Source: an uncultured Methanosarcinales archaeon
GTDB lineage: Archaea; Halobacteriota; Methanosarcinia; Methanotrichales; Methanotrichaceae
Direction of reading: 5' to 3'
Length of the DNA stretch: 64,000 nt
Assembly: GCA_963843555.1 (NCBI GenBank)
Contig: CAWJKV010000003.1
Span: 1-64,000, forward strand
Position 1 is the stretch's first letter; the number at the start of each line of letters is the position of its first letter. The notes under the pieces were generated by a model, which had not been told where the DNA came from, did no database searches, and saw only the letters and a program-made list of their open reading frames with translations. Made by a program: the position numbers and the translations under genes. This document shows, piece after piece, positions 28,944 through 39,706 of the stretch.

Positions 28944-30192
28944 ATGTTCATTGGAATTGATGATACCGATTCTGAGAAAGGCCTGTGCACCACGTATCTG
29001 GCAGCAGTGCTTATGGAGAGGCTCCAGCCTTTTGGGGCGGTATTGGGTCTGCCGAGGCTTATCAGGCTCAACCCCTGCGCCCGCTTCAAGACGCGCGGCA
29101 ACGCAGCCCTGGCCTTCCAGCTGGAGAGCGACCGATTCTGTGAGGTGAAGGAGGTAGCCCTGAAGACGGTCCTGGAGCTATCCGACTTCACGGGAGCGAA
29201 TACCAATCCGGGTTTGGTGATTGCAGAAGAGGTGACGGCACGAATGACGGGCTTCTACCGCCGGGCAGTCACTGAGATTCTGGAGATCGAAGAGGCGAGG
29301 GCGCTTCTGGATGATGAAGGAATCTGGTATCGGGGCTTCAAGAAAGGGCGCGGCCTCATTGGAGCACTGGCAGCAGTGGGCGCGGATCTGCCGGACTTCA
29401 CCTTACGAGCTGATCGCCTACCGGGAGCGCCAGCGCTGGGGCAGGCCCCGGAGCATCGATGCCTCATCCGTCTGGAAAGCGGATGCTCTGACCTATCCAC
29501 GCACCTGGGATACAGTAGATCATCATAATAGCAGAGTCGTCTTCGCACCTCATTCCGGGGATCCCGTTCTGTTCGGCATAAGAGGTTCCGACCCCGAGGC
29601 GATCAAGGAAGCATTCCGGACCATAATATCGGAGCCAAAGGGAGCGAGTGTGCTCTACCTGACCAACCAGGGCACAGATGCCCATATCCTGGAAGGCGAA
29701 TGGGCTGATACAAAGGAGAGTCAGAGCTACAGGCTGCATGGCCTTGTGGCAGAGCCGGCAGAGGCAATTGCAGGCGGCCACCTCTTCTTCGTTCTGCAAA
29801 ATGGCACACTTTGCCTGAAGTGCGCAGCCTTTGAGCCCACCAAGAACTTTCGCGATATTGTAAAGCGGCTCATTCCCGGCGACGAGCTGGAGGTTTACGG
29901 CTCTATGCGAGAGGGGTCGCTCAACCTGGAGAAGATCAACATCATCCGTCTTGCCGAGCAGGAGGAGCTGACGGTGCCGCTCTGCTCGCAATGCAAGAAA
30001 AAAATGGAGTCTGCTGGCAGTGGCCAGGGCTACCGCTGTCGGCACTGCAAAACAAGATCCGTCGGTCGCGAACGGACCGTCCGTCTCCGGGATCTGGAGA
30101 CTGGATTCTATGAGGTGCCGCCCTGCGCTCGCCGCCATCTCTCCAAGCCGCTGGTACGCATAAATCGCGAGAAGGTGCATCCTAGCCGGTGA
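28944..30192 (+). CDS. tiaS: tRNA(Ile2) agmatinylcytidine synthase (frameshift near 29400)
   Basis: IGIDDTDS, CTTYL, RLNP...KTRGN, PVLFGIRG, TNQGTDAH, AFEPT, RRHLSKPL. Confidence 0.92.
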
Positions 30193-30258
30193 GGGATTTT
30201 AGTAGATGCTAATAAAAAAGTGAAGGTGGCCATCCGGGTCGCCTCACACTCCAAAGAA

Positions 30259-31194
30259 CTATTTCTTGAAGGCGCCTTCCAGAGGCGGGATGACCTGCTT
30301 CTTCCTGGAAAGGACCTTTTCCTTGTAGATGGAGTTGTTGGCGAGCTTGCCTCCGAAGGCCTTCTCGAAGCCTGCTGCAGCAGTGGCATTCCCTACGAAG
30401 AGAATGTCGCTAGCCTCTTTCATGACATCCGTGAGCATCAAGACGACCATATCCAGCTTCTCAGCATCCTTCAACTTGTTCATCTCATCGAGGATGGCCG
30501 CTCTCTTGGGCTCCAGGTCTTTGAGGTCCATGACTTCGATCTGGCCGACGCCGGACTTGGTGCCGGAAAAGTCAAACTTCTTGAAATCGCCCATGAGGAT
30601 GTCCTTGGCGGACTTGGAAGAGATATCGCTCTTGGCCTTGAGCAGCTCCATACCGAACTTCATGGGGTCGACGCCCGCGATCTTGGCCAGCTTCTCCACG
30701 TCGGTCTTGTCGCGAGGAGTGCAGGTGGGGGACTTGAAGAGAACTGTGTCGGAGAGGATGGCAGACATCATCAATCCGGCCATCTGCTTGCTGATCTCTT
30801 TTTTATTCTGCTCATAGAGATTCGCGATGATGCCGCCGGTCGCGCCCACCGGCTCGTTGAGGAAGAATATGGGCTTGCCGGTGGCGAGGCCGCCAATCTT
30901 GTGGTGGTCAACGATCTCGACGATGTTCTCCATATCGAGCTTGTCCACCGCCTGAGCCATCTCATTGTGATCCACCAGGATCACCTTCTTACCCGTCGCG
31001 TCGGTAAGCTTCTCCGGGTAAGGAACTTTGAAGTAGTCCAGCAGGAACTTGGTCTCGCCGTTAAGGTCTCCTGCGGCTGCTGGTACTGCCTCACTCATTC
31101 CAAGGGCATTCTTCAGGTTGGCATAGGCTATTGCAGATGTTACGGAATCGGTATCAGGGCTCTTGTGCCCAATTACATAGATCTTGTCGGTCAA
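30259..31194 (-). CDS. ppaC: Mn-dependent (family II) inorganic pyrophosphatase
   Basis: GHKSPDTDS, LVDHNE, DHH, SDTVLFKSPT, SRKKQ; TTG start after GAGGTG. Confidence 0.95.
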   Translation of the reverse strand: MTDKIYVIGHKSPDTDSVTSAIAYANLKNALGMSEAVPAAAGDLNGETKFLLDYFKVPYPEKLTDATGKKVILVDHNEMAQAVDKLDMENIVEIVDHHKIGGLATGKPIFFLNEPVGATGGIIANLYEQNKKEISKQMAGLMMSAILSDTVLFKSPTCTPRDKTDVEKLAKIAGVDPMKFGMELLKAKSDISSKSAKDILMGDFKKFDFSGTKSGVGQIEVMDLKDLEPKRAAILDEMNKLKDAEKLDMVVLMLTDVMKEASDILFVGNATAAAGFEKAFGGKLANNSIYKEKVLSRKKQVIPPLEGAFKK

Positions 31195-31322
31195 TCGAAG
31201 CACCTCAGCATTGTTAATGTAGAACTTCAACTTAAAGCTTACTGGGCGGCAGAAGCACTTTATAGCGAGATTAATATATCTCGTATAGAAAACTTTATAA
31301 ACAACCGGCCCCTTCCATTCTT

Positions 31323-31552
31323 GTCCCTTTAGAGGGCTGGCACGAGCCTAGAAATTTGTTCTGCCGTGAGTGCTGGTGCAAGAAGGGGACTACAGGCCGC
31401 GTTGATAGGTCCTTATGGTAGGATACTGACTATCTGTCTACCTATGACCATGAGACAACCCAAATGCGGTACAGACGCCCGCTGCGAGGGTTACTGGACT
31501 GACTGCGGATACCCATCGGATGAAGTGCCAGAGTTAGTATCGGGCGACAATA
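31323..31552 (+). ncRNA. Three-hairpin box H/ACA pseudouridylation guide RNA
   Basis: Three hairpins, each with lower stem, pocket, upper stem, K-turn (GA or TA/TGA) and ACA (31392, 31471, 31547) 14-16 nt from the pocket; TATA box 31294-31301. Confidence 0.88.
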
Positions 31553-31627
31553 TCAAATTACCTTTTGTCTGCAAAAAACCATCCCACAGCGATAATTTAA
31601 TCTATTTTCAAGACCAGCTAAAAAAAT

Positions 31628-32264
31628 GTGAAAGGCCACCTTATCACTCTGGAGGGAATCGACGGCTCAGGAAAGAGCACTGCCGCCCAGCATATTGCAG
31701 CATCGCTGGCGGAGCTGATGCCGGTGAGGAGATTGGTGCTAACTGCAGAGCCGACGAAAGGTGATGCAGGTAAGATCTTGAGGAAAGAGCTTGCATATGC
31801 CGGGCCTGGAGAGACATCTATAGCCCGGCGCATGGAAGAGCTCTTTCTATTCATGGCTGACCATGCCGGTCACCTGGCCAGAACGGTCATTCCTTCCCTC
31901 GAAGAGGGTGCAGTTGTCTTATCCGACAGATATACCGATTCCACCGCTGCTTACCAGGGTGTAACACTCAGAAATATCGTCCCGCATCCCGTGCAATGGA
32001 TCAGAAGCCTCTACCAACCCTGGAATTTGCAGCCCGACAGGACGCTGCTCTTCATCCTTGACCCAAGCCTTGCCCTGCAGAGAATGCAGTCGCGTCCGGG
32101 ACGGGAGAAGTTCGAGCAGGCTCGAGTTCCTGCAGTCCGTGGACGAAAACTTCCGCCAGCTGGCCGCCGGTGAGCCGGAACGTTTTGTATTGATAGATGC
32201 GAGCCTTGGCCCGGAGTCGGTAGCTGAGCAGGCACTCTTGGCCGTCCTCGAACTGATATCCTGA
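31628..32264 (+). CDS. tmk: Thymidylate kinase (frameshift near 32120)
   Basis: ITLEGIDGSGKST, AEPT, LFLFMADH, SDRYTDST..YQG; C-terminus in ORF 32058..32264. Confidence 0.92.
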
Positions 32265-32289
32265 GAAGTTCTGCTCTTTTGCAGCCCTT

Positions 32290-32916
32290 TCAGCTCATGG
32301 CCAGTTCGATCAGCTTTTTGGCCCAGGCCAGCTTCCTTCTTTTGCGCGGAGTGACACTCTCATCTTCGAAGTCAAAGCCGACCAGTTTTATAGAGGTCGC
32401 CCCCAGCTCTTTTGCCAGAAATACACATCTATCCCCATCAGTGAATCCTCCAAAGTTATAAAGGCCCGGAGGAGGGCGGCACTGGGCTGTGCCTATGACC
32501 CTCTTTAGCTCTGGCACACATCTTTGCAGTGCGTCCAGATTGTCTCCGTGGGCATGTACCACCACGATGCTGCCCTCTCGATTGGCCTTTAAAATGTCAG
32601 GAAAGGAGCCGTCCAGGTCAGTAACTATGATATCGGGTATAATACCATGCTTCAAGAGAACCGTCGTCGCCCCGTCTGCTGCCAGGAGGACAGCATCTTT
32701 TTCCTGCAGCCCATCCAGCTCGCGATCCAGAGTCGGGGCATTGCCGAATACAACCACACCTCGGCCGCGAACCCGGGCATCGGCTTTAGGCAGCCAATTT
32801 TCTGAGCCATGCAAGAGCTCTGCCAGCAGCCTTGCCGCTTCTTCATCCCTCTTTAGAGAGAAGCCGAAATCCTCTAGCATAGCCAGGTAAAGGGGCTCCC
32901 AGGTCGCGAATTGCAT
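32290..32916 (-). CDS. mptE: 6-hydroxymethyl-7,8-dihydropterin pyrophosphokinase (MptE-like, DUF115)
   Basis: AADGA, IVTDLDG, HAHGDN, NFGGFTDGDR, LVGFDF. Confidence 0.85.
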   Translation of the reverse strand: MQFATWEPLYLAMLEDFGFSLKRDEEAARLLAELLHGSENWLPKADARVRGRGVVVFGNAPTLDRELDGLQEKDAVLLAADGATTVLLKHGIIPDIIVTDLDGSFPDILKANREGSIVVVHAHGDNLDALQRCVPELKRVIGTAQCRPPPGLYNFGGFTDGDRCVFLAKELGATSIKLVGFDFEDESVTPRKRRKLAWAKKLIELAMS

Positions 32917-32967
32917 ATCGATCAAGAAAAAAAATTAAAAAAGAAAGGGAGATTTATCCCTTCTTCA

Positions 32968-33924
32968 CTAGTAGACTCTTGGGAACTGAGCCTGGGTTGG
33001 TGCCTTGAAGCAGGTGCAGTCGAAGACGCCAGTTGCTGATTTGAAGGACTTCTTATTCGTGGCGTCCATGTCCGCAAAGCCGCCGAAGCAGCAGGGCAGC
33101 CAGTCTTCCGACTTCTGAATCAGATGGTAGGGCACTTCGAGAGTCATGTTCTTCTCGATATGGTAGGTTCCCCAGTAATCCTCATCGATCTCAATGGCAG
33201 GATTCTTCCAGGCAGTCATATCCAGATTGCCAATGGTACCCCCATTAATGGTATCCAAACTGGCAAAGGTTTCTGATGCCTGCAGGACGCCGATATGGGC
33301 CTTGCCGTCAGTCATATCTTCATTGACTTTCATCTGTGTGTAGCCTACGCCCACTATTTCTGGATCATAGGTTAAATTGAATTTCTCTTTGGCAACGAGA
33401 CTCAATTCCTTATCCAGAGCATGGGCATACTCCACCTCATGGTGCATGCTGGTGCCGGCACGATAATTCTTCACCCAGGTCTTCTCCTTCAGTAAGGAGC
33501 TGTAGTCTACCGGGTTTGCGGCGTAGTAACCGGTTCCGACAGCGATTCTCATCGGCGCATAGACCATGGATACATCTTCCTTGAACTGGATGCAGTTCTC
33601 CATGATGTCGTTGTATGAGTCGGCGTAGTGCGTCTTCCTGTCCATATTATAGTAGTTCAGGACGGCCTCACTGTTTATTGAGCCGCTGCCGTGAGCGTAA
33701 TTCTTCATAGCGACATTATCGGCCTTCGCATATATGTAGGTCATGAAATAACCATTTCCCTGCACGCTCTGCTCGAAGTCGAATGTCACATTGCTCTCTT
33801 CCAGCCCGTTTATGTATTTACCTTCCGCCGGAAATGTTTCGGCTGGAGCCGGAATTGTCGCTCCTTGAACCAATGAAATTCCCATAAGTGTAACCAAAAC
33901 CATCGCTACCGATACTGCTAGCAT
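32968..33924 (-). CDS. Secreted/surface hypothetical protein
   Basis: Signal peptide, high-expression codon style, DWLPCC and FDCTC motifs. Confidence 0.75.
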   Translation of the reverse strand: MLAVSVAMVLVTLMGISLVQGATIPAPAETFPAEGKYINGLEESNVTFDFEQSVQGNGYFMTYIYAKADNVAMKNYAHGSGSINSEAVLNYYNMDRKTHYADSYNDIMENCIQFKEDVSMVYAPMRIAVGTGYYAANPVDYSSLLKEKTWVKNYRAGTSMHHEVEYAHALDKELSLVAKEKFNLTYDPEIVGVGYTQMKVNEDMTDGKAHIGVLQASETFASLDTINGGTIGNLDMTAWKNPAIEIDEDYWGTYHIEKNMTLEVPYHLIQKSEDWLPCCFGGFADMDATNKKSFKSATGVFDCTCFKAPTQAQFPRVY

Positions 33925-34664
33925 TGCCTTCTTCAGATTAATCCCTCCACCTAAAGCGAATAACGCTATTCTATTTAATTATCCTTTTTCCTTAGGTAAA
34001 CTCACCTATTTTAATCTGTTGATTGTCTTTTTATAAATTTGAAAAAATTTGCCTTGCCGCAATCAGATAACGTAATTTCCTTCAACGAGCTGCACCAATT
34101 GCCTGGCATCGCTTTTGGCTCCGGAGAGTGCTTTGGCCATTTTTGGGAAATCCCCCGAGCAAAATCAAGCTCTGACAACAATGCTCCTCTCTGCACGGAT
34201 CGCCATAATTTATATACTATAATCTATCAACCATTTTAACTGGGAAAATTCTTACAGTGATGAAAATTACTCAATATATGGCCTTGGACACTGCATAAAA
34301 AGTTGAACACGTCATAAAAAAGTATTAATCCCATGAATGCATAACCAAAAGGTTAATACGTGAAGGGTTTCTCGATAGGTAACAGTATGCTCGCTCCTAT
34401 CGATCTTATGGGAAGGTCACCTTTTGGTCATACCGATTGCGTCAGTTCCAAGCGATTTGAGAACGAATCAGAATTTGAATGATAGTTATATATCGAGATA
34501 AGCATCGATCATAAGATCTGTAAAATTGAGCATACAAAAAACCCCACAACGTACAGTGCCGAAAGAGAAACGCTTCGTCACTCTGGCGAAGGGTTCCCGG
34601 GTTTTTTGGTTCCGGAGTGGGACCAAACCCCAGCCATGGGCTGGAACAGGAGGATAAACGGGGG

Positions 34665-35525
34665 ATGCTGGCAGAACTGGAAGATAAGAGAGGCAAACTC
34701 AGGCAGGAGTCCCTTGCCTTTAAGGATAGGCGCAGCCAACTGAATGCTGAGGCGAGCAAATGGGCCGCCAAGAGGAATGAGCTCAACAAGTCCACCAAAG
34801 ATCTCATCGACAAGGCTCAAGAACTCAAGAAGCTGCGGGATGAGAACAATAAGAATGTGGCTGAAGCCAAGAAGCAGAGGGACGAGTTCAACGAAAAGAC
34901 CAACCAATTCTATGCAAGAATAGACGATATCCGGAAGAAGTACAATTTGACCGGTGAGCGTTCCATAAGAGATCTGCGCCGCGAGATCGATCATCTAGAG
35001 TTTCGGCAGCAGACCGAGGTCTTAAGCCCGGATAAAGAGAAGCAATTGGTTGATAAGATCGCCGCCTTGCATGCTGAATTCCGAAGCCGCAAAGAGCAGC
35101 TGGAGAAGAATGATGAGCTGAGGAAGCTCCTGGATGAAGCTCAAGCCATGAGAGATGAGGCATCTCAGCATCACGACGAGGTTACCAAGTTCGCGGAGCT
35201 GGCCCAGGAATACCACGATCAGATGATAGGCACCTTCAAGGAAGCCGATCAGACTCGTGCCGAAGCCGATGCCGCTCATAAGGAGTTCGTGAAGGCCCAG
35301 GAGGCCGCCGATGAGCAGCACAAGGAGTTCATCCGCACCCAGCGAGAGGTTCGCGACTTCGAAAAGGTCATCGTGGGCTTGAAGAAGAAGAATAAGGACA
35401 TAAAGGAAGATCGCGCCAAAGAGGTTGCCAAGCGCGAGGCTGAAGACATCCTTACCCACTTCAGGCAGGGCGAAAAACTGGACACAGCCGATCTGCTCAG
35501 GTTGCAGCGTGCCGGCCTGGTTTGA
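34665..35525 (+). CDS. Archaeal coiled-coil protein (COG1340-like)
   Basis: Heptad-rich; LEFRQQTEVLS..KEKQL; GEKLDTADLLRLQ; AGGAGG RBS. Confidence 0.85.
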   Translation: MLAELEDKRGKLRQESLAFKDRRSQLNAEASKWAAKRNELNKSTKDLIDKAQELKKLRDENNKNVAEAKKQRDEFNEKTNQFYARIDDIRKKYNLTGERSIRDLRREIDHLEFRQQTEVLSPDKEKQLVDKIAALHAEFRSRKEQLEKNDELRKLLDEAQAMRDEASQHHDEVTKFAELAQEYHDQMIGTFKEADQTRAEADAAHKEFVKAQEAADEQHKEFIRTQREVRDFEKVIVGLKKKNKDIKEDRAKEVAKREAEDILTHFRQGEKLDTADLLRLQRAGLV

Positions 35526-35663
35526 TCAGCTCAAAAATTTCGACCTTATTGGGCAGAGATCCTGCCCTCTTCTTAGATTTTAGCTTCCTTTTTCCAAAAA
35601 GTCCGAATTCTCACCGGTGAAAGACCGTAAGCTTTTAAGCTTCTTCATCTGATCTGCCAAGGG

Positions 35664-36173
35664 ATGAATGAAATTCGCCTGCTCTTCGGAAAGCCGGTTA
35701 TCCGGGACAGAAGCGAGCTCATATCAGTAGTCAAGGATCTACAAACCCGTCACGGCTGCGTGGTGCAGGCGCTGGATGCAGATAAAGTCGTCAGCGAGAG
35801 ACATATCTTCTTTGCCGCCGAGAAGGCACTCGCTGCATTCTCCCAGGGGCGAAACATTGCGAAAGATGTCGGAATGGAAATAATGCGTTATGCCTCTGGA
35901 GAGCGACAGATTGAAAGGGCCCTTCACATGGGAATATCTGATTGTACAAAGCGAATCGCACTCATCCTCGCCACCTCCGACTGCATTAGCCGCTGGCCAA
36001 ATGCCGGGGATCTATCCCTGCTCGTGGAACTGGATGGATTTGGCTGTTCCTTCAGCGACGAGGCAGTGAGAGAGGCTTTCAACATCTCCTCCGCGGAGAT
36101 GGAAGCCGTGGGTGAGGGAAGGATTGAAGATTTGGTCATTGAAAGAGTAGCCCTGGTTGATACATACCGGTGA
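35664..36173 (+). CDS. cgi121: KEOPS complex subunit Cgi121
   Basis: QALDADKVVSERH, NIAKDVGMEIMRYASGERQIERAL, LVIERVAL. Confidence 0.9.
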   Translation: MNEIRLLFGKPVIRDRSELISVVKDLQTRHGCVVQALDADKVVSERHIFFAAEKALAAFSQGRNIAKDVGMEIMRYASGERQIERALHMGISDCTKRIALILATSDCISRWPNAGDLSLLVELDGFGCSFSDEAVREAFNISSAEMEAVGEGRIEDLVIERVALVDTYR

Positions 36174-36799
36174 ATCGTCAAAAAAGGATGAGTCCTACAA
36201 TGAAGGAAGAATTCTACACCCCGAAGCGGTGGCTCAACTGGATGAACAAGGTCAAGGATAGCAACTTCAAGCTCACCGAGTCGGATGATAAGAACTCGGG
36301 TGCAGTATTCATCTACATCATGGATGATGTTGTGCTGGCCTGTCTGAAGGTTATAGCCCGATGCGAAAGAGAAGTTATCACTCAAGAAGAGGCCATAGCG
36401 GAGATCGAGGCAATTAAGTCAATAGTCTTCCAGGAGCATGAATCCATGGGGGAAGATGCAGATCTGATGCTGGAATCCCTCAAGACATCCCTTGCCGCGG
36501 TATTTGTCTCCAGCCAACGCCATATCACGGGAGACTTTGATCGCGATAGTGCCCTGGAGGAACTGGTAGCAAAGGCAATCGCCGCCGAACAGAAAGAGAA
36601 CCTGGACGAAGCCTTCGATCTGCTCAGTCAGGTCGGCGCGAGGGTTATAGGCGGAGAGAGTCTCCCTGAAATAGGCGACCTGCCCTACTGCATGACGGCA
36701 GAGCTTATGGATGGAATTGATGCCATATCTGCGGCCATGTTGGGCGATGACAGCTATAAAGAAGATGACGGATCAGCGGATACAGGCGAGGGCGATTAA
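36170..36799 (+). CDS. DUF2150-family conserved archaeal protein
   Basis: EFYTPKRWLNW, DDVVLACLK, GARVIGG; start may be 36188 or 36200. Confidence 0.7.
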   Translation: MNRQKRMSPTMKEEFYTPKRWLNWMNKVKDSNFKLTESDDKNSGAVFIYIMDDVVLACLKVIARCEREVITQEEAIAEIEAIKSIVFQEHESMGEDADLMLESLKTSLAAVFVSSQRHITGDFDRDSALEELVAKAIAAEQKENLDEAFDLLSQVGARVIGGESLPEIGDLPYCMTAELMDGIDAISAAMLGDDSYKEDDGSADTGEGD

Positions 36800-36838
36800 G
36801 CTGAGGCCTGAGGAAAAGGCCAGGGATTAAAAAGAAGA

Positions 36839-37741
36839 CTAAATCTCCATTGAACTCGGGTTGCCTGGCCTGGTTGTTACCTCGCAGCCATTCTCAAGAA
36901 CCACAACCGTGTGCTCCGCCTGGGAGACCATAGCTCCTTCTACCTCCCAGAGCACAGGATATCTGTGCACTACTCCACCGCGCATGAGTTGCATGAGCGC
37001 ATATTCCGCCCTCTCCCCCTTCAGCCATCGTCGGGCGAAAGGAAGCGTCTTGTAGCTTTCCTGAATCTCCTTCATCAGCACCCTTGCCGCAGGCAGCCGC
37101 ACGGGCCGGGGCGCGGATAGGCCATAGATCTCATTGATGGGGGCCTCGCTGATTCTGCCCGATCCGTTGGTGGCAAAGGGCTCAATGGCTATGACATCCC
37201 CTTCTTTCAAAGTCACGCCCTTCTCCATAGCCTTGTTGGGCACGGCTGGCTCATCATGGGCCAGATATCTGGAGAGGCCGTGGCCTGTCAAATTGTATAC
37301 CGGCTTGTAGCCGTAGCCTGTTATCGCCTCTTCGATGGCTTTGCCGATATCGGCTGTGCTTACCCCGGGACCGACCAGCTCCAGGGCTGCAGCCAGGCCG
37401 GCACAAGAGGCCTCAGTGAGCTTATCGTGGCCGCTCAAGTCAACCGTAATGGCGGCGTCGGCAATGTAACCATCGACGTGCACGCCCACATCCAGCTTGA
37501 CCATGTTCTCGCCAAATATGCTCTTATCATCGGGCGTTGGCGTGTAATGAGCCGCGCTCCTGTCCAGAGATATGTTGCAGGGAAAGGCGGGCTCGGCTCC
37601 TCTTGATCTTATGGCACCCTCTACGAAATTCGCCACGTCCAGCAGAGACGCGCCCATTTCGACTTTTGGTCGCGCTTCTTGCAACACTTCGGCCAGGATC
37701 CGCCCGGCAGTTCTGTACTTCTCCAGTATTTCCCTGTCCAT
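36839..37741 (-). CDS. map: Methionine aminopeptidase type II
   Basis: AFPCNIS, AAHYTP, KLDVGVHVDGYIADAA, NLTGHG, AIEPF, QAEHT. Confidence 0.95.
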   Translation of the reverse strand: MDREILEKYRTAGRILAEVLQEARPKVEMGASLLDVANFVEGAIRSRGAEPAFPCNISLDRSAAHYTPTPDDKSIFGENMVKLDVGVHVDGYIADAAITVDLSGHDKLTEASCAGLAAALELVGPGVSTADIGKAIEEAITGYGYKPVYNLTGHGLSRYLAHDEPAVPNKAMEKGVTLKEGDVIAIEPFATNGSGRISEAPINEIYGLSAPRPVRLPAARVLMKEIQESYKTLPFARRWLKGERAEYALMQLMRGGVVHRYPVLWEVEGAMVSQAEHTVVVLENGCEVTTRPGNPSSMEI

Positions 37742-37796
37742 TGATACCACCATTTAAGGCAAGATATTCCCTGGCCTGTTTTCTTAACCCGTAATT

Positions 37797-38942
37797 TTAA
37801 AGCACCAGTTCTCTCTCGAAATGGGTGAGGTTCTCGCACCCGTTTCCTCTTACCACTACCAAATCCTCCAGCCGCACGCCTCCGATTTGGGGATAGTAGA
37901 GTCCCGGCTCCACAGTCACCACCTGGCCAGCCTGCAAGGTCTCGCCGATTTCGCTGAGCGAGGGTCTTTCATGCACGTCCAGGCCAACGCCGTGGCCTGT
38001 GGAGTGGGCGAAACCGCAGCCCTCTGTTTCCGGATAGCCCATATCCTGGAAGACCTGAGCCACACGTGAATGGACCTCCTTTCCCGAGATGCCAGAGCGG
38101 ACGGCCTCAATGCCAACGTCTTGAGCCTGGCGAACGGCAGCAAAGATCTCACACACCTCAGGCGTTGCCTCGCCCCGCAGCACAGTGCGGGTCATGTCTG
38201 CATAGTACCTGCTGATCTTGGAGCGCGGAAAGATATCGATGACAATGGGGGCATTGGCATGAAGGGGCCCTGCTCCTCGCGCATGAGGGTCCGCAGCGTC
38301 AGCGCCGCCGGCCACGATGGTGTCCATGGTCTCGCATGCGTCTTCCAGCAAGGAGACCTCAATGGCAGAGCGCACCTGCTCAGAGAGAAGGGGCTGATCC
38401 TGATAAAATAGGATATCCCCGCGGGGCCGAGAGCCTGCGATCAGATCCACAGCCTTACGCATAGCCCTCTCGCAAGCCCTTTGCGTAGAGGTTACGGCAG
38501 CGATCTCTTTGTCCGTCTTTACGGCTCTCTCTCTTGTTGCTGGGCTCTCCAGGATCTTGACTTCAAGATCCGGTGACAAATTTTGGAAGATTCCGGAGGG
38601 GAAGCGGAAAGGCACGCCCACCCGCAAGACGCCGTGATCGCGCAGGAACTCTTTTAGCACCTCCAGATAGGCCAGGTCCGGTTTTCCGGAACTTTTCAGC
38701 TTTTCCATAATTTCGTATTGGGAGGTGCTGAGCACAATATCCGCCGTTGACTCTTTCTCGGCCCGGCCCTTCTCCATTGAAGAGACGAGCAGTGTGGTAT
38801 TTTCCTGGGCGAGAAGGGCGAATCGGTCGCCGGCCAGAAAGTGAGAGAGGTAATACATATCCGAATCGCAGATGCTGTCGCCAACAAAAAGAAAACCGTC
38901 CAGGTTGGAGGCCTCAAGAAAGCTCTGCATTCCGGATTGCAC
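37797..38942 (-). CDS. Xaa-Pro peptidase (M24 family)
   Basis: IDIFP, YYADMTRT, HSTGHGVGLDVHE, TVEPGLY, GVRLED. Confidence 0.92.
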   Translation of the reverse strand: MQSGMQSFLEASNLDGFLFVGDSICDSDMYYLSHFLAGDRFALLAQENTTLLVSSMEKGRAEKESTADIVLSTSQYEIMEKLKSSGKPDLAYLEVLKEFLRDHGVLRVGVPFRFPSGIFQNLSPDLEVKILESPATRERAVKTDKEIAAVTSTQRACERAMRKAVDLIAGSRPRGDILFYQDQPLLSEQVRSAIEVSLLEDACETMDTIVAGGADAADPHARGAGPLHANAPIVIDIFPRSKISRYYADMTRTVLRGEATPEVCEIFAAVRQAQDVGIEAVRSGISGKEVHSRVAQVFQDMGYPETEGCGFAHSTGHGVGLDVHERPSLSEIGETLQAGQVVTVEPGLYYPQIGGVRLEDLVVVRGNGCENLTHFERELVL

Positions 38943-38947
38943 AGTGG

Positions 38948-39706
38948 TTACCTGCGAATGGAGCGGGTCACTTCAGAAACGAAAGATGTGACGTCCGGGC
39001 TACGCTCTACGGCCGTGCCTGTCACTATCAGGTCCGCTCCTGCCGCCACAAGCTCCGCGGCCGCAGCTCCGCTCCGAATCCCCCCTCCCACGATGAGGAG
39101 CACATCTCCGAGAAGCCTTTTCACCAGAGCCACCATGGCAGCAGGCACTGGCGAGTCCGCACCGGACCCCGCCTCAAGGTACACCAGCCTCATGCCCATG
39201 TACCTGGCAGCCAGGGCGTAAGCCGCGGCCAACTCCGGCTTCTTTCTGGGTATAAGACGGGCATCGCCCACAAAACCTACTGTCCCCCCCGGCTCGATGA
39301 TGATGTATGCCATGGGTATGGGCTCCAGATCATAGCGCAGTATCAAGGGAGCACCCATAGCCTGATTCTCTACAATGTAGCTGGTCGAGCGAGAGTTGAG
39401 CAGGCTCATGAAGAATACGGCATCGGCATTCTCGCAGATGCCAGCTACACTGCTGGGAAAAAGAATGACGGGCAGACTGGTCTTCTTCTTGATCTGTTCA
39501 ACGGTCTCATGAAGAAGAATGCCTGCCGAGCCCACAGAGCCACCTACCATGATGGCATCTGTGCCTCCTCTGGTGGCAGCTTCGGCCATGGCTGCGGCCG
39601 CGTCAGGGCTCTGGGAATCAGGGTCAATCAGAGTGAGATGTCCCGCTCCATGCCGCTTCACAGCATTATTCAGGTGCAGCTCGACCCTGCCCCTTTCAGA
39701 GCTCAT
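38948..39706 (-). CDS. Geranylgeranylglyceryl phosphate synthase
   Basis: HLTLIDPD, IMVGGS, PVILFP, SLLNS, YLEAGSGA, VGGGIRS. Confidence 0.93.
   Translation of the reverse strand: MSSERGRVELHLNNAVKRHGAGHLTLIDPDSQSPDAAAAMAEAATRGGTDAIMVGGSVGSAGILLHETVEQIKKKTSLPVILFPSSVAGICENADAVFFMSLLNSRSTSYIVENQAMGAPLILRYDLEPIPMAYIIIEPGGTVGFVGDARLIPRKKPELAAAYALAARYMGMRLVYLEAGSGADSPVPAAMVALVKRLLGDVLLIVGGGIRSGAAAAELVAAGADLIVTGTAVERSPDVTSFVSEVTRSIRR

Noticed and set aside
31366..31764. 132-aa ORF upstream of tmk
   Set aside because: Overlaps the H/ACA RNA and tmk; no protein motifs
28944..32264. Programmed frameshifting or pseudogenes in tiaS and tmk
   Set aside because: No obvious slippery site, and similar indels occur throughout the window
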